Counted from the first letter of the stretch, positions 28,993-39,168 are shown. The stretch: 64,000 nucleotides of DNA from Minisyncoccota bacterium (GCA_035546575.1 DASZWN010000002.1:96681-160680), one strand, 5' to 3'. The notes: a model not told the origin generated them from the sequence alone. Translations and numbers: made by a program.

Positions 28993-29288
28993 TGTACGTC
29001 ATGAATACCGGGCGCCTCATTCTTGCAATATCGTTTGCACTTGCCGCAGGCGGATTTTTACTCCCGTTTTGGCCTATGGAGGTGGTGGGTATACTCTTGG
29101 CCGCGCTTACGGGGCATTGGATATTCGCGATTGCGCTCGGGCTCCTCCTCGACGTTGCGTATGGCGTACCCACCGGCTTTTTCCATATGCTGTTTTTCCC
29201 GTTTACCTTGCTGGCGCTGGCTTCTGTAGCGCTGAGGCGCTTTGGTCTGCGGTACTTTATCGATGCTTCACCTCAAGATACGCTCTAA
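28992..29288 (+). CDS. Small membrane protein in the MreD position
   Basis: Hydrophobic, GLLLDVAYG motif, lies between mreC and PBP2. Confidence 0.65.
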   Translation: MYVMNTGRLILAISFALAAGGFLLPFWPMEVVGILLAALTGHWIFAIALGLLLDVAYGVPTGFFHMLFFPFTLLALASVALRRFGLRYFIDASPQDTL

Positions 29289-29307
29289 CATGCTAGAATA
29301 GGCCCCT

Positions 29308-30990
29308 ATGTTGGGCCTTATGCGCAGAAAAAAACGGCGATTCTCGCCCGAGATCCAACCAGACGAAATCCTTATCGATTCGTCTAATCTTCCGCAATTT
29401 GATACCGACCATATGGAGGGTCGGATCGAGCAGCCTATCGATCGTCGGGCGCTTTTTATCACCGGTACGCTCGTTGTGTTGATGATGCTCATATATGCGG
29501 GTCGCGCCGCCGATCTGCAGTTTTTAAACGGCACTGCCTATGCAAAACAAGCTGCAGAAAATCAACTTGCCGAGCAGGTATTGTTTGCCGACCGCGGCAT
29601 CATTGCCGACAGGACAGGCCGCGATTTGGCGTACAACACGCGCGCCGCGGTGACCGACGACTATGCCGAGCGCCAATATGCCGACTACCGCGGGCTCGCA
29701 CATGTGGTCGGCTACGTTAAGCCGCCGGCAAAGGATTCGTCCGGTTTCTATTTCCGCACCTCGTATGTCGGGATTGACGGAGTCGAGCACACGCTCGACT
29801 CGATACTTTCGGGGCAAAACGGCACGACGCTCACCGAGACAGATGCCAAAGGTGCGGTCGTGTCGCAAAGCGTAAAACGCCCGCCTGAACCGGGCGCAAA
29901 AGTAACACTCTCGATAGATGCAGAAGTGACCCAGGGTCTATATGACGCGATAGCGCAGTACGCAAATCAATCCGGCTTCCAGGGCGGTTCTGGCGTACTG
30001 ATGGATGTAAAGACAGGGGAGCTTATTGCGCTCACGAGTTATCCGGAGTACTCGATGGAGGCGCTTTCAACTGGCGATGCCTCGGCGCTTAAGGCGCTCA
30101 ATGACGACAAACGCCAGCCGTTTCTTGACCGTGCCGTAAACGGCCTCTATGCGCCAGGCTCAATTGTTAAGCCGATCGTTTCTGTTGCAGCACTCACTGA
30201 AGGCGTTATAGACGAATATAAGCAGATCCTTTCAACCGGTTCGATCAGTGTTCCAAACCCGTATAACCCCAAGCAACCGTCGATCTTTAAAGATTGGCGC
30301 CCGCAGGGCTGGGTCGACATTCGCCATGCGATCGCGGTCTCTTCCGACGTGTATTTCTACGAGGTTGGCGGCGGCTTTGAGGATCAGCCGGGTCTTGGAA
30401 TCGACAACCTCGACAAATACTTCCGCATGTTTGGGTTTGGCTCGCCAACCGGCCTTGCCGGTTTCAACGAGCCCTCGGGCACTATCCCGACGCCAGAGTG
30501 GAAGCTCGAAAACTTCGATGGCGACCCGTGGCGCATCGGTGACACCTATCACACTGCAATAGGGCAGTATGGTGTCCAGGTAACGCCGCTCCAGGCGGCG
30601 CGAGCAATTGCAGCGCTCGCCAACGACGGCACACTTCTTACGCCGACCATACTTGCAAGCTCGACACCGCAAGGCACCAAGCTCAATGTACCGGCGCATT
30701 CCATCGATGTTGCAAAAGAAGGCATGCGGCTTGGTGTCACTACCGGCATTGCAACTGCAGTAAATGTTCCATACGTGCAAATTGCGGCAAAAACCGGTAC
30801 CGCGCAGATCGGTGTTAAGAATGAGTATCTCAATTCTTGGATGGTCGGCTTCTTCCCGTATGATCACCCACGTTATGCATACGCCATTGTACTCGAGCGT
30901 GGGCCTGCAGGTACGCTTGTAGGCGCTTCTGCTGCTGCGAGGGCGTTTTTTGACTGGATGTACGCTAATGAGCCGCAATACCTACAGTAG
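29308..30990 (+). CDS. mrdA: Penicillin-binding protein 2 (class B)
   Basis: RGIIADR, PGSIVK (SxxK), SSDVYFY, KTGTAQ; mre operon context. Confidence 0.9.
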   Translation: MLGLMRRKKRRFSPEIQPDEILIDSSNLPQFDTDHMEGRIEQPIDRRALFITGTLVVLMMLIYAGRAADLQFLNGTAYAKQAAENQLAEQVLFADRGIIADRTGRDLAYNTRAAVTDDYAERQYADYRGLAHVVGYVKPPAKDSSGFYFRTSYVGIDGVEHTLDSILSGQNGTTLTETDAKGAVVSQSVKRPPEPGAKVTLSIDAEVTQGLYDAIAQYANQSGFQGGSGVLMDVKTGELIALTSYPEYSMEALSTGDASALKALNDDKRQPFLDRAVNGLYAPGSIVKPIVSVAALTEGVIDEYKQILSTGSISVPNPYNPKQPSIFKDWRPQGWVDIRHAIAVSSDVYFYEVGGGFEDQPGLGIDNLDKYFRMFGFGSPTGLAGFNEPSGTIPTPEWKLENFDGDPWRIGDTYHTAIGQYGVQVTPLQAARAIAALANDGTLLTPTILASSTPQGTKLNVPAHSIDVAKEGMRLGVTTGIATAVNVPYVQIAAKTGTAQIGVKNEYLNSWMVGFFPYDHPRYAYAIVLERGPAGTLVGASAAARAFFDWMYANEPQYLQ

Positions 30991-30996
30991 GTAGGA

Positions 30997-31016
30997 CCTG
31001 TCTGCCGGCAGGCAGG
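30997..31016. repeat. REP-like palindrome, 20 nt, intergenic
   Basis: CCTGTCTGCCGGCAGGCAGG. Confidence 0.8.
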
Positions 31017-31058
31017 TTGACAAGAAGGCTTTTTCGTATACACTGATGCACACACATT

Positions 31059-31529
31059 ATGACTGAAGAACTACTTTCGCAGGAAAAATTTGAGGAGCTT
31101 ACAAATGAACTTGATACACTGCGCACCACGCGCCGTCGCGAGATAGCGGAGCAGCTCGAATACGCACGATCTCTTGGCGACTTGTCTGAAAATGCTGAGT
31201 ATCAAGAGGCACGCGAGATGCAGGGTGCAGTAGAGGACCGCATCAGCAAACTCGAGAGCATTCTTAAAAGTGCCAAAATTGTCGAGGGGCAAAAAAGCGA
31301 CAGTGTTGGCATGGGCTCAACCGTTATCGTCCAGCCTGTAGGCAAGACCGGCAGCGACGACAAACGCACCTATATTATTGTAGGCGCTGAGGAGACCAAT
31401 ATGTTTGAGGGCAAGATCTCCTATCACTCGCCGCTCGGAGCAGCTCTCATGGGCAAGAAAAAAGGCGATGAGTTCTCCTTCCACACTCCACGAGGAACCC
31501 AAAAGTTTAAAATCCTAAAAGTAGAGTAG
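31059..31529 (+). CDS. greA: Transcription elongation factor GreA
   Basis: GDLSENAEYQEA, ISYHSPLGAALMGK. Confidence 0.97.
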   Translation: MTEELLSQEKFEELTNELDTLRTTRRREIAEQLEYARSLGDLSENAEYQEAREMQGAVEDRISKLESILKSAKIVEGQKSDSVGMGSTVIVQPVGKTGSDDKRTYIIVGAEETNMFEGKISYHSPLGAALMGKKKGDEFSFHTPRGTQKFKILKVE

Positions 31530-31531
31530 AT

Positions 31532-31562
31532 AAAAAGGCCCCGCAACAGCGGGGCCTTTTTC
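31532..31562 (+). terminator. Intrinsic terminator
   Basis: AAAAAGGCCCCGC-AACA-GCGGGGCCTTTTTT. Confidence 0.85.
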
Positions 31563-31577
31563 TGCTATACTCGCCAT

Positions 31578-33161
31578 ATGTTTTGGGCAGACAGGATAGG
31601 GGACGAGATCGCAAAGCGCTACGGCGGGGATATTAAGGGCGGCAAGGCCGTGTATATTCGCGATGAAAAGACGCTCTCCGGCCGCGTACATATTGGCTCC
31701 ATGCGGGGCGTGGCTATCCACGATGCAGTTGCCGAGTCGCTCAAGCGTATGGATATAGAGCGTATCTGGCGCTACGAATTGAATGACTTCGATGTCATGG
31801 ACTCGGTACCGCCCATGCTCTCCGAGGAGGAGTACAAAAAATATTTAGGGCAACTCCTATGCGACGTACCATCGCCGGACAGCAGCGCCAAGAATTTTGC
31901 CGATTACTTCGGGAACGACTTTAAAAGCGCTATCGAGCACGCCGGGTTTGAACCCGAATATTACTGGGGGAGCGATTTATACCGCTCCGGCCGTATGGAC
32001 GGTGTGATACGCGAAGCGCTTGAGGGTGCCGCAACAATCCGCGCCATATATAAAGAGGTCTCAGGCTCGGTCAAAAACGAGGCATGGCTTCCGATCATGG
32101 TCGTGTGCCCAAACTGCAAAAAAGTCGCAACGACCGAGGCCGAGGACTTTGATGGCAACACCGTCGCAATAACGTGTCATAAAAATAAAACAGACTACAC
32201 GCACGGTTGCGGCTACGAAGACCGCGTCTCTCCGTTCGGCGGCAACTCCAAGCTGGCGTGGAAGGTAGAATGGGCCGCAAAGTGGAAAGTGCACAGTGTC
32301 ATGGTAGAGGGCGGCGGCAAAGATCACTCGACCAAAGGTGGCGCACGCGATGTTGCAAACCATATTTCGCGCGAGGTGTTCAAGTACGAGCCGCCGTTTG
32401 ATATCCCATACGAATTCTTTTTGGTGGGCGGCAAGAAGATGTCTTCAAGCAAGGGCCGCGGCAGCAGCGCGCGCGAAATTGCCGATCTTCTTTCGCCAAA
32501 AATATTGCGCCTCGCACTCCTTGGCAAAGACATCAATCAGCAGGTGAACTTTGACCCGGAGGGCGACACTATTCCTGTCCTCTACGACCAATACGATATG
32601 CTCGGCGACCGCTATTGGGGAGAGATCCGCGATGATTACTCGCGGTTGTTCGAGGTGCTCCACGCGGAGGACATGCCCGAGAAGAGTTTTTATCCACGGT
32701 TCTCGCAAGTAGCCTTCCTCGTGCAGATGCCGCACCTCAATTTAAAAAAAGAAGTCGAGATGATGAAGGGTGAGGCACTCACTGAGGTCGACAACAAGGA
32801 GCTTGAGGACCGCGCATTCTACGCAAAGCGCTGGCTCGAGCTGTGCGCGCCGGAAAAATTTGTATTTAAGCTCCAAGATACGCTGCCCGAGGCCGCCTCG
32901 GCGCTCGCGCCCCTGCAAAAAACAGCGCTCCATGCGCTCCTTAAAGATCTGGAGATGGAGTACCCGGCAAATGGGGAGGCAATGCATGCGCTACTGCGCG
33001 CGGTGCCGGTGCGACCGGCAATTAATATCTCGCCGCGCGAGTTTTTTACCTCGCTTTATACGATTTTCCTTGCAAAAGACAGCGGTCCGCAAGCTGGGTG
33101 GTTCCTGGCAGCGCTCCCAAAAGAATTTGTGCTCCGTCGGCTTAAGGAAGCGAGCGAATAA
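31578..33161 (+). CDS. lysS: Lysine--tRNA ligase, class I
   Basis: FWAD, SGRVHIG, CPNC, KLAWKVEWAAKW, GKDH, KMSSSKG, SGPQAGWF. Confidence 0.93.
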   Translation: MFWADRIGDEIAKRYGGDIKGGKAVYIRDEKTLSGRVHIGSMRGVAIHDAVAESLKRMDIERIWRYELNDFDVMDSVPPMLSEEEYKKYLGQLLCDVPSPDSSAKNFADYFGNDFKSAIEHAGFEPEYYWGSDLYRSGRMDGVIREALEGAATIRAIYKEVSGSVKNEAWLPIMVVCPNCKKVATTEAEDFDGNTVAITCHKNKTDYTHGCGYEDRVSPFGGNSKLAWKVEWAAKWKVHSVMVEGGGKDHSTKGGARDVANHISREVFKYEPPFDIPYEFFLVGGKKMSSSKGRGSSAREIADLLSPKILRLALLGKDINQQVNFDPEGDTIPVLYDQYDMLGDRYWGEIRDDYSRLFEVLHAEDMPEKSFYPRFSQVAFLVQMPHLNLKKEVEMMKGEALTEVDNKELEDRAFYAKRWLELCAPEKFVFKLQDTLPEAASALAPLQKTALHALLKDLEMEYPANGEAMHALLRAVPVRPAINISPREFFTSLYTIFLAKDSGPQAGWFLAALPKEFVLRRLKEASE

Positions 33162-33215
33162 GTATATAAAAAGCAGTAAAGGGCGCCGCGGATTTCTCCA
33201 TGACGCCCTCGAACG

Positions 33216-33371
33216 TTAGTTCCGAAAGATTTCGATGACCAGGGCCATCTTGTCGAGCGGAACCTGCTGCATTTTCTCGCCCAAGTTGACGGCGGTGATC
33301 GGAAGTCCGATACCGACGACAAACGCGATGGCGGAAAGTACAGCAACTTTTTTCTTAGCATGGGCGGTCAT
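33216..33371 (-). CDS. Small single-TM orphan (51 aa)
   Basis: Hand translation MTAHAKKKVAVLSAIAFVVGIGLPITAVNLGEKMQQVPLDKMALVIEIFRN; AGGGAG SD. Confidence 0.6.
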   Translation of the reverse strand: MTAHAKKKVAVLSAIAFVVGIGLPITAVNLGEKMQQVPLDKMALVIEIFRN

Positions 33372-33503
33372 ATCTCATACTCCCTAGGGGTTGAAATTTT
33401 GACCACCTCCCCGTTAAGCTTCCGGTGTGTATTATACACCCAGTAAGATAATTTGTCAAGGCATCAAAACCTTCTAACAAAACATTAAAACCGTGTTGAA
33501 ATG

Positions 33504-33523
33504 CCTGCCTACCGGCAGGCAGG
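33504..33523. repeat. REP-like palindrome, 20 nt, intergenic
   Basis: CCTGCCTACCGGCAGGCAGG. Confidence 0.8.
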
Positions 33524-33532
33524 TGTGTATAA

Positions 33533-33589
33533 CTGGGAGCAGGTGGGAGAGAGTGGTTGTATACTGTTATGTAGTGGGATAAAGTGGGA
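33533..33589 (+). promoter_or_regulatory. Putative MraZ binding repeats
   Basis: (G)TGG(GA) units at about 10-nt spacing (33534, 33543, 33553, 33574, 33584) upstream of mraZ. Confidence 0.7.
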
Positions 33590-33618
33590 TTACGAAATAT
33601 TCACCAATAAAGAACAAC

Positions 33619-34053
33619 ATGCTCATCGGCGAATATCTCCACACTCTCGACTCGAAAAAGCGCCTCTCGCTTCCCACTAAGTATCGCCGCGAAGTCGGTC
33701 GTAAGGTGGTGATCACGCGCGGGCTCGACCAATGTCTCTTTATGTTCCCGCTTGCAACCTGGAAGGGGATTGCGGGCAAGCTCGAGAGCCTCCCATTTGG
33801 CCAGAGCGACACGCGCGGCATGAGCAGGTTCATCTTGGCAGGAGCGGTAGACACCGAAGTAGACGGTGCGGGGCGCATATTGATCCCCGAGTTCCTCAAA
33901 GAGTTTGCCGACTTGCGCTCCCGGGTGATCTTGGCCGGAGTCTCGGACCGAGTCGAGATCTGGAACGACAAGACCTGGGAGGAATATAAGCGCCGCATTG
34001 AGAAGAGCGCAGAGGGTATGGCACAAACATTGGGCGATCTGGGCATTCTGTAG
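33619..34053 (+). CDS. mraZ: Transcriptional regulator MraZ
   Basis: GEYLHTLDSKKRLSLP, DGAGRILIP, RVEIW. Confidence 0.97.
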   Translation: MLIGEYLHTLDSKKRLSLPTKYRREVGRKVVITRGLDQCLFMFPLATWKGIAGKLESLPFGQSDTRGMSRFILAGAVDTEVDGAGRILIPEFLKEFADLRSRVILAGVSDRVEIWNDKTWEEYKRRIEKSAEGMAQTLGDLGIL

Positions 34054-34070
34054 GTTTTTGAAATAAGACT

Positions 34071-35054
34071 ATGATTCAGACTTTGACTTCCACTCGTGCA
34101 CAGCATCATCTCCGTCGAGAGGAGGATGGTACCTTGCATGAGCGGAAGTCAGCGCCTGCATACACAACGCCGCGAGAGCACACCAGCGTGATGCTCGAGC
34201 AATCAGTAGCTCAACTCAACCTCAAAAAAGGCGAGATGGTTGTCGATGCTACTGCCGGCATGGGCGGGCATTCAGAGGCACTACTCAAAGCGGCACCGGT
34301 TACGCTCCTCTCGCTTGATGCCGACCCGGTGGCGGTTGCAGCAACACAAAAGCGTCTTGCGCCATTTGGCGCACGCGCGGTCGTAGTAGAGGCAAATTTT
34401 CGCGATCTCGAAAAAGTTCTGCGCCATCAAAAAATCGAGACGATAGACAAAGCACTGTTTGATCTTGGCTGGAATATGACGCAGCTCCAATCCGGCCGCG
34501 GATTTTCATTTATGCACGACGAGCCGCTCCTGATGAGCTATGGCGATACTCCTGCTTCGGGCTTTACCGCTAAAGAAATTGTTAACACCTGGGAAGAGAG
34601 CGTGATCGCCGATGCGCTCTACGGCTACGGTGAGGAGCGCCACTCTCGCGCTATCGCAAAAGCAATTGTTGGTCGCCGCGAGATACAACCGATCGAAAGC
34701 ACGCTTGAGCTGGTAGAGATTGTCCGCGACGCAGTGCCTGCATCATACCGCCATGGCCGCATTAACCCGGCAACGAAAACATTCCAAGGCTTACGCATCG
34801 CAGTCAACGACGAGCTTGGAAGTATTGCGAGCGGCATTGCTGCTGCGTGGAAGCACCTCTCGGTGGGCGGCCGTATTGCGGTCATCACCTTCCACAGTAT
34901 TGAGGATCGTGCAGTAAAACGCCTCTTTCTCGAACTTGCAAAAGAGGGAGGCAAGCTTATTACTAAAAAACCGCTCGTGGCCTCGCGCGAGGAAGTGGCG
35001 CGCAATGCTCCGAGCCGTAGTGCGAAGTTGCGTGTGATTGAAAAGACTAACTAA
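34071..35054 (+). CDS. rsmH: 16S rRNA m4C1402 methyltransferase
   Basis: VDATAGMGGHS, FDLG, RGFSF, YGEE, FQGLRIAVNDEL, FHSIEDR, RSAKLR. Confidence 0.96.
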   Translation: MIQTLTSTRAQHHLRREEDGTLHERKSAPAYTTPREHTSVMLEQSVAQLNLKKGEMVVDATAGMGGHSEALLKAAPVTLLSLDADPVAVAATQKRLAPFGARAVVVEANFRDLEKVLRHQKIETIDKALFDLGWNMTQLQSGRGFSFMHDEPLLMSYGDTPASGFTAKEIVNTWEESVIADALYGYGEERHSRAIAKAIVGRREIQPIESTLELVEIVRDAVPASYRHGRINPATKTFQGLRIAVNDELGSIASGIAAAWKHLSVGGRIAVITFHSIEDRAVKRLFLELAKEGGKLITKKPLVASREEVARNAPSRSAKLRVIEKTN

Positions 35055-35059
35055 CTCAT

Positions 35060-35377
35060 ATGAAAAGCATCGCTATAACCTACACTCCGATACTCCACCG
35101 CGTTATTGCACTATTGGCGGCAGTGACGGTGCTCGCCGTGTTTCTCTACGGATTCTTTTTGCTTGAAGCAGTCGCCAACACCGCAAAACGCGCTGCGGCA
35201 GAAAAGCATGTAGCAGAGCTTACCTCGCAGATGGGCGCCCTTGAGCAGCAGTACCTCACGCAGACGCGCGACCTGACTCTCGACCAGGCGCACCAAATGG
35301 GTTTTGAGTCTCCAAAAACCGTTACGACCGTATATGCGGCAGGTCCGTCGAAGGCGCTCGGCTACCGCGCTAATTAG
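35060..35377 (+). CDS. FtsL-like cell division protein
   Basis: Single TM plus coiled coil, AHQMGF; between rsmH and the PBP gene. Confidence 0.7.
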   Translation: MKSIAITYTPILHRVIALLAAVTVLAVFLYGFFLLEAVANTAKRAAAEKHVAELTSQMGALEQQYLTQTRDLTLDQAHQMGFESPKTVTTVYAAGPSKALGYRAN

Positions 35378-35379
35378 GG

Positions 35380-36918
35380 ATGAGTACACGTTTTGTAGGG
35401 CGAGTGCGGGTGATAAGCCTTATATGCGCGCTTTGCGCTTGCGTGATTGTCGGCCGCCTTTACATGCTTCAAATACTCAACGGCGACATGTACGAGGCGC
35501 GCGCGCAGGCACAAGCTACACCGCAAACCTCGCCGATCCTCGACCGCAACGCGATATTGTTTACCGATAAAAACGGCGAGCCATGGACAGCCGCACTCAT
35601 GGACAAAGTAGGCACCACAAGCCTGCCTACCGGTCAGGCAGGCGAATATAAGCGCTCGTATCCCGGCGGCTCGCTCGCGGCACAAGAGCTCGGCTTTGTC
35701 GCTTATAACAACGATAACGTCCAGAAGGGGCGCTATGGCTTGGAGCGCTACTATGACCAGACGCTCGCAAAATCGGACGAGGATCTTTACTCAAACTTTT
35801 TTGTTGAGCTCTTTGGCAAGGCAAAATCGGTCTTAAGCGGCGAGCCGCAGAGCGGCAGTATCGTAACAACGATCGAACCTGCCGTACAAGCGCAGCTCGA
35901 GCGCACCTTGGCCGACTACGCCAAGGAGTGGAAACCGAAGCTCTCAGGCGGTGTGATCATGGACCCGCAGACAGGGGAAATTTATGCGATGGCGGTGTCG
36001 CCCACTTTCGACCTCAATGAGTTTAATAAGCAGACCGACCCGCTCATTTTTGCCAACCCGATGGTGCAGAACGACTACGAGATGGGCTCTATCGTGAAGC
36101 CCTTAACCATAGCCGCAGGGCTCGACTCGGGCGTTATCACGCCCACTACCACCTACAACGACACGGGCTGCATCACCGTCGATACCAAAAAGATCTGCAA
36201 CTTCGACGGCGTTGCGCGCGGCACTATCCCGATGCAGCAGATACTGAGCCAGTCGCTCAACGTAGGCGCCTCGTTTGTTGCAACCAAGATGGGTCCGGAG
36301 ATCATGCGCGACTACTTCCTCAATCACTACAAGCTCAATCAGGAAACAGGTATTGATTTACCCGGCGAGATCCACGGCCTCACCGACAACATTGCCAAGA
36401 GTCCGCGCCAGGTCGAGTACGACACCGCCTCATTCGGCCAAGGCATCGCCATTACTCCCATCGAGACGGTGCGCGCGCTTGCAGCGCTGGGGAACGGCGG
36501 CAAGCTCGTGACGCCGCACTTTGTAAAAGCGATCCGCTACGATACCGGCATTACGCGCGACCTCACCTGGGGCTCCGAGCAAGTGCTCAAGCCGCAAACC
36601 ACTACCGACGTCAGCCGCATGCTCACCGAGGTGGTTGATAAGGCGCTCGCAAACGGCGACATCAAGCTCGAGCACTACAGTGTGGCAGCCAAAACCGGTA
36701 CGGCACAGATTGCCAACCCGGCGGGCGGCGGCTACTATACAGACAGGTTCTTGCACAGTTTTTTCGGCTACTTCCCGTCATACGACGCAAAATTCATAGT
36801 CTTCCTTTTTGCGCTCGAGCCAAATGGCGCGCCATTCGCCTCGCAAACCTGGGCGCAGCCGTTCTTCTCGCTTACCAAGTTTCTTATCAGCTATTACGAT
36901 GTTCCTCCCGACCGATAA
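35380..36918 (+). CDS. ftsI: Class B penicillin-binding protein (FtsI position)
   Basis: RSYP, GLERYYD, EMGSIVK, SLN, KTGTAQ; dcw synteny. Confidence 0.85.
   Translation: MSTRFVGRVRVISLICALCACVIVGRLYMLQILNGDMYEARAQAQATPQTSPILDRNAILFTDKNGEPWTAALMDKVGTTSLPTGQAGEYKRSYPGGSLAAQELGFVAYNNDNVQKGRYGLERYYDQTLAKSDEDLYSNFFVELFGKAKSVLSGEPQSGSIVTTIEPAVQAQLERTLADYAKEWKPKLSGGVIMDPQTGEIYAMAVSPTFDLNEFNKQTDPLIFANPMVQNDYEMGSIVKPLTIAAGLDSGVITPTTTYNDTGCITVDTKKICNFDGVARGTIPMQQILSQSLNVGASFVATKMGPEIMRDYFLNHYKLNQETGIDLPGEIHGLTDNIAKSPRQVEYDTASFGQGIAITPIETVRALAALGNGGKLVTPHFVKAIRYDTGITRDLTWGSEQVLKPQTTTDVSRMLTEVVDKALANGDIKLEHYSVAAKTGTAQIANPAGGGYYTDRFLHSFFGYFPSYDAKFIVFLFALEPNGAPFASQTWAQPFFSLTKFLISYYDVPPDR
35622..35642. 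repeat. REP-like palindrome, 21 nt, in frame inside the ftsI-like gene
   Basis: CCTGCCTACCGGTCAGGCAGG, translated LPTGQAG. Confidence 0.8.
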
Positions 36919-36929
36919 TTTACTACTCT

Positions 36930-38228
36930 ATGCGTCTATTTTTAAAAAAAATTGTTGCAAAAGCGCTCACCTGGGAGGCTCGCCTTGTTATCGGCAAATA
37001 TAAGCCGCGGATTGTCGCTATTACCGGCAGTGTCGGCAAGACATCGACCAAAGATGCTATCTATAGCGTTGTAGCAGGGGACGCATATGCACGCAAAAGC
37101 GAGAAAAGTTTTAACAGCGAAATAGGATTGCCGCTTACGGTATTGGGGCAGCCGAATGCGTGGAGCAATCCGCTGCGATGGTTTGAGAATTTATTTGATG
37201 GTTTCTTGTTGTGGATACTTCCTAAACGCTACCCTGCGTGGCTCGTGCTCGAGGTTGGTGCCGATCGTCCGGGCGATATCCGCTCGCTTGCGCATTGGTT
37301 ACCCGTGGATATCGCAGTGGTTACCCGTTTGCCCGAGGTGCCGGTGCATGTCGAGTTTTTTGAGTCGGTTGAAGCGCTCAAAGAGGAAAAAGCTTCTCTT
37401 ATTAAAGCAGTGAAGCCGGGCGGCGCGCTTGTATTGTATGCCGACGACCCGGAGGTAGTAGGCTTGCGTAATCGTGCGCCTGGGGCGCACATCATTACAT
37501 TTGGGTTTGTCGAGTCGGCAGATGTGCGCGCCACCAATGTTGAGATTATATTTGCTGACGACAAAAAACATGTGCCTACTGGCATGCAAGCACGTATCGA
37601 GGTGGAGGGCGCCTCGCAAGAGCTTGTTATCCGCGGCGCTATAGGTGCGCACGCGCTTTTGCCCGCGCTTGCCGCAGTTGCGGTAGGGAAGGCGCTGGCA
37701 AAAGACATTAAGCACTCCCTTGAGGCACTTAAAGGCTACGAACCGCCGCATGGCCGCATGCATCTGGTTGAGGGCCTCAAAGAGACGCTTATTATTGATG
37801 ACACCTACAATTCAAGCCCTGCGGCAGCCGAAGCCGCGCTTGAGGCGCTTGCACTTGTCTCGCATGGTCGCAAAATCGCCGTGTTGGGCGACATGCTCGA
37901 ACTCGGGCGCCACTCGGTAGACGAGCATCGCAAAGTCGGCGCGCACGCGGCAAAAGTAGCCGACTTGCTTATTACGGTCGGATTCCGCGCGCGCGACATA
38001 GCGCAGGGCGCGCTCGACAACGGCATGGCCGATCAAAACATTTTGCAGTTTGAAGAGGCTGGTCCTGCAGGCAAGGAGCTTGAAGGGCGGCTCCAAAAAG
38101 GCGACATTGTTTTGGTAAAGGGCTCGCAGAGTATGCGCATGGAAAACATTGTCGAGGAAATAATGCTCCACCCCGAGCAAGCCTCCGATCTCCTCGTGCG
38201 ACAAGATGAGGAGTGGAAAAAGAGATAG
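36930..38228 (+). CDS. murF: UDP-MurNAc-tripeptide--D-Ala-D-Ala ligase
   Basis: ITGSVGKTSTK, NSEIGLP, DDTYNSSP, LGDMLELG, LVKGS. Confidence 0.93.
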   Translation: MRLFLKKIVAKALTWEARLVIGKYKPRIVAITGSVGKTSTKDAIYSVVAGDAYARKSEKSFNSEIGLPLTVLGQPNAWSNPLRWFENLFDGFLLWILPKRYPAWLVLEVGADRPGDIRSLAHWLPVDIAVVTRLPEVPVHVEFFESVEALKEEKASLIKAVKPGGALVLYADDPEVVGLRNRAPGAHIITFGFVESADVRATNVEIIFADDKKHVPTGMQARIEVEGASQELVIRGAIGAHALLPALAAVAVGKALAKDIKHSLEALKGYEPPHGRMHLVEGLKETLIIDDTYNSSPAAAEAALEALALVSHGRKIAVLGDMLELGRHSVDEHRKVGAHAAKVADLLITVGFRARDIAQGALDNGMADQNILQFEEAGPAGKELEGRLQKGDIVLVKGSQSMRMENIVEEIMLHPEQASDLLVRQDEEWKKR

Positions 38229-38276
38229 AGGCTTTATATTCTTGTATTTTTGTGTTATTTTAAGCACGTTCAATAC

Positions 38277-38348
38277 GGCCTTATCGTCTAATGGTTAGGA
38301 CATCGCCCTCTCACGGCGGAAATCGGGGTTCGAATCCCCGTAGGGTCA
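38277..38348 (+). tRNA. tRNA-Glu (CTC)
   Basis: GGCCTTA/TAGGGTC acceptor, TCGCC-CTCTCAC-GGCGG anticodon arm, GGTTCGAATCC. Confidence 0.95.
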
Positions 38349-38500
38349 CAAAAAGCACAAACACCGCCACTGCTGGCGGTTTTGTACTTTTTGTGAGGCC
38401 GGAGCGTTGTTTTGCACTGGCAAAACCGCGAGGCGGGGGCTGCGTGCGAGTTTGCTGACGAGCAAACTCGACATGTGGCTCACCGCGACGGTGAGAAAAT
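38346..38500. repeat. Multi-hairpin element downstream of tRNA-Glu
   Basis: Long hairpin 38346-38397, then GTTTTGC/GCAAAAC, CGAGTTTGCT/AGCAAACTCG, CTCACCG/CGGTGAG. Confidence 0.55.
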
Positions 38501-38574
38501 TACTGTGGCTCACAAGGTAGATACGTATAAGAAAACCCTCGGCGTTTTGCGCCGGGGGGTTGAAGTTGGCTCCG

Positions 38575-38856
38575 CTACTCAGTGGTGCGGAAGCATTCGC
38601 CCATTTTGTTGAATGCCGCTGTCAGGTCGGGGAGGGGGCCATTATTGGCTTTCTCTATACCCCATAAGATGGTGGCGCGGAACATGATGTCGATGCATTC
38701 GGTTGGCAACCGCAGTACCAAGCCCTCATCGCGCAGCTGCACCTTAAGTTTGGAGGCCGTGATGTCGACCACCATGTTGTACGGGTTTACCGAGGCTTGG
38801 GCGGAGGTGCCGCACACGAGCGCGGCAGCCACTGCTATTGCAGCAATGCTCCTCAC
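38575..38856 (-). CDS. Secreted orphan protein
   Basis: Signal peptide (AQA-S); AAGGAG SD before GTG. Confidence 0.6.
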   Translation of the reverse strand: MRSIAAIAVAAALVCGTSAQASVNPYNMVVDITASKLKVQLRDEGLVLRLPTECIDIMFRATILWGIEKANNGPLPDLTAAFNKMGECFRTTE

Positions 38857-38946
38857 GGTGTCTCTCCTTTGTCAGAACAGGTTAGCTCTGACGATAGAAT
38901 GACACACTTGTATTGTATGGGCAAGGTGGTGTACTATCGGGCTCTT

Positions 38947-39123
38947 ATGAGCTTCACCGGCTTTTGGATCACCAATATTTTGATCATTCTCTACTTTTTG
39001 CCAACACTGGCGGCTTTTGCCAAGGCAAATAAGCGGACGTTTGAGTTTTTTATATTTAATGCGCTTACTGCGTGGACTGGTTTGGCGTGGTTTATCCTCG
39101 TGGCCGAGGCGTTTAACGAATAA
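38947..39123 (+). CDS. Superinfection immunity (T4 Imm-like) membrane protein
   Basis: YFLPTLAA..FIFNALTAWTGLAW resembles the YFLP..N..GWT..GW pattern; start ATG 38947. Confidence 0.7.
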   Translation: MSFTGFWITNILIILYFLPTLAAFAKANKRTFEFFIFNALTAWTGLAWFILVAEAFNE

Positions 39124-39168
39124 AAAGCGGACTCGAGAATATCTCGGGCCCGCATTGTTGGAAACTAT

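Noticed and set aside
31578-33161. Class I LysRS as a novelty
   Set aside because: Scattered bacterial distribution is already established.
33533-33589. GTGGGA periodic repeats as a new element
   Set aside because: Explained by known MraZ operator repeats.
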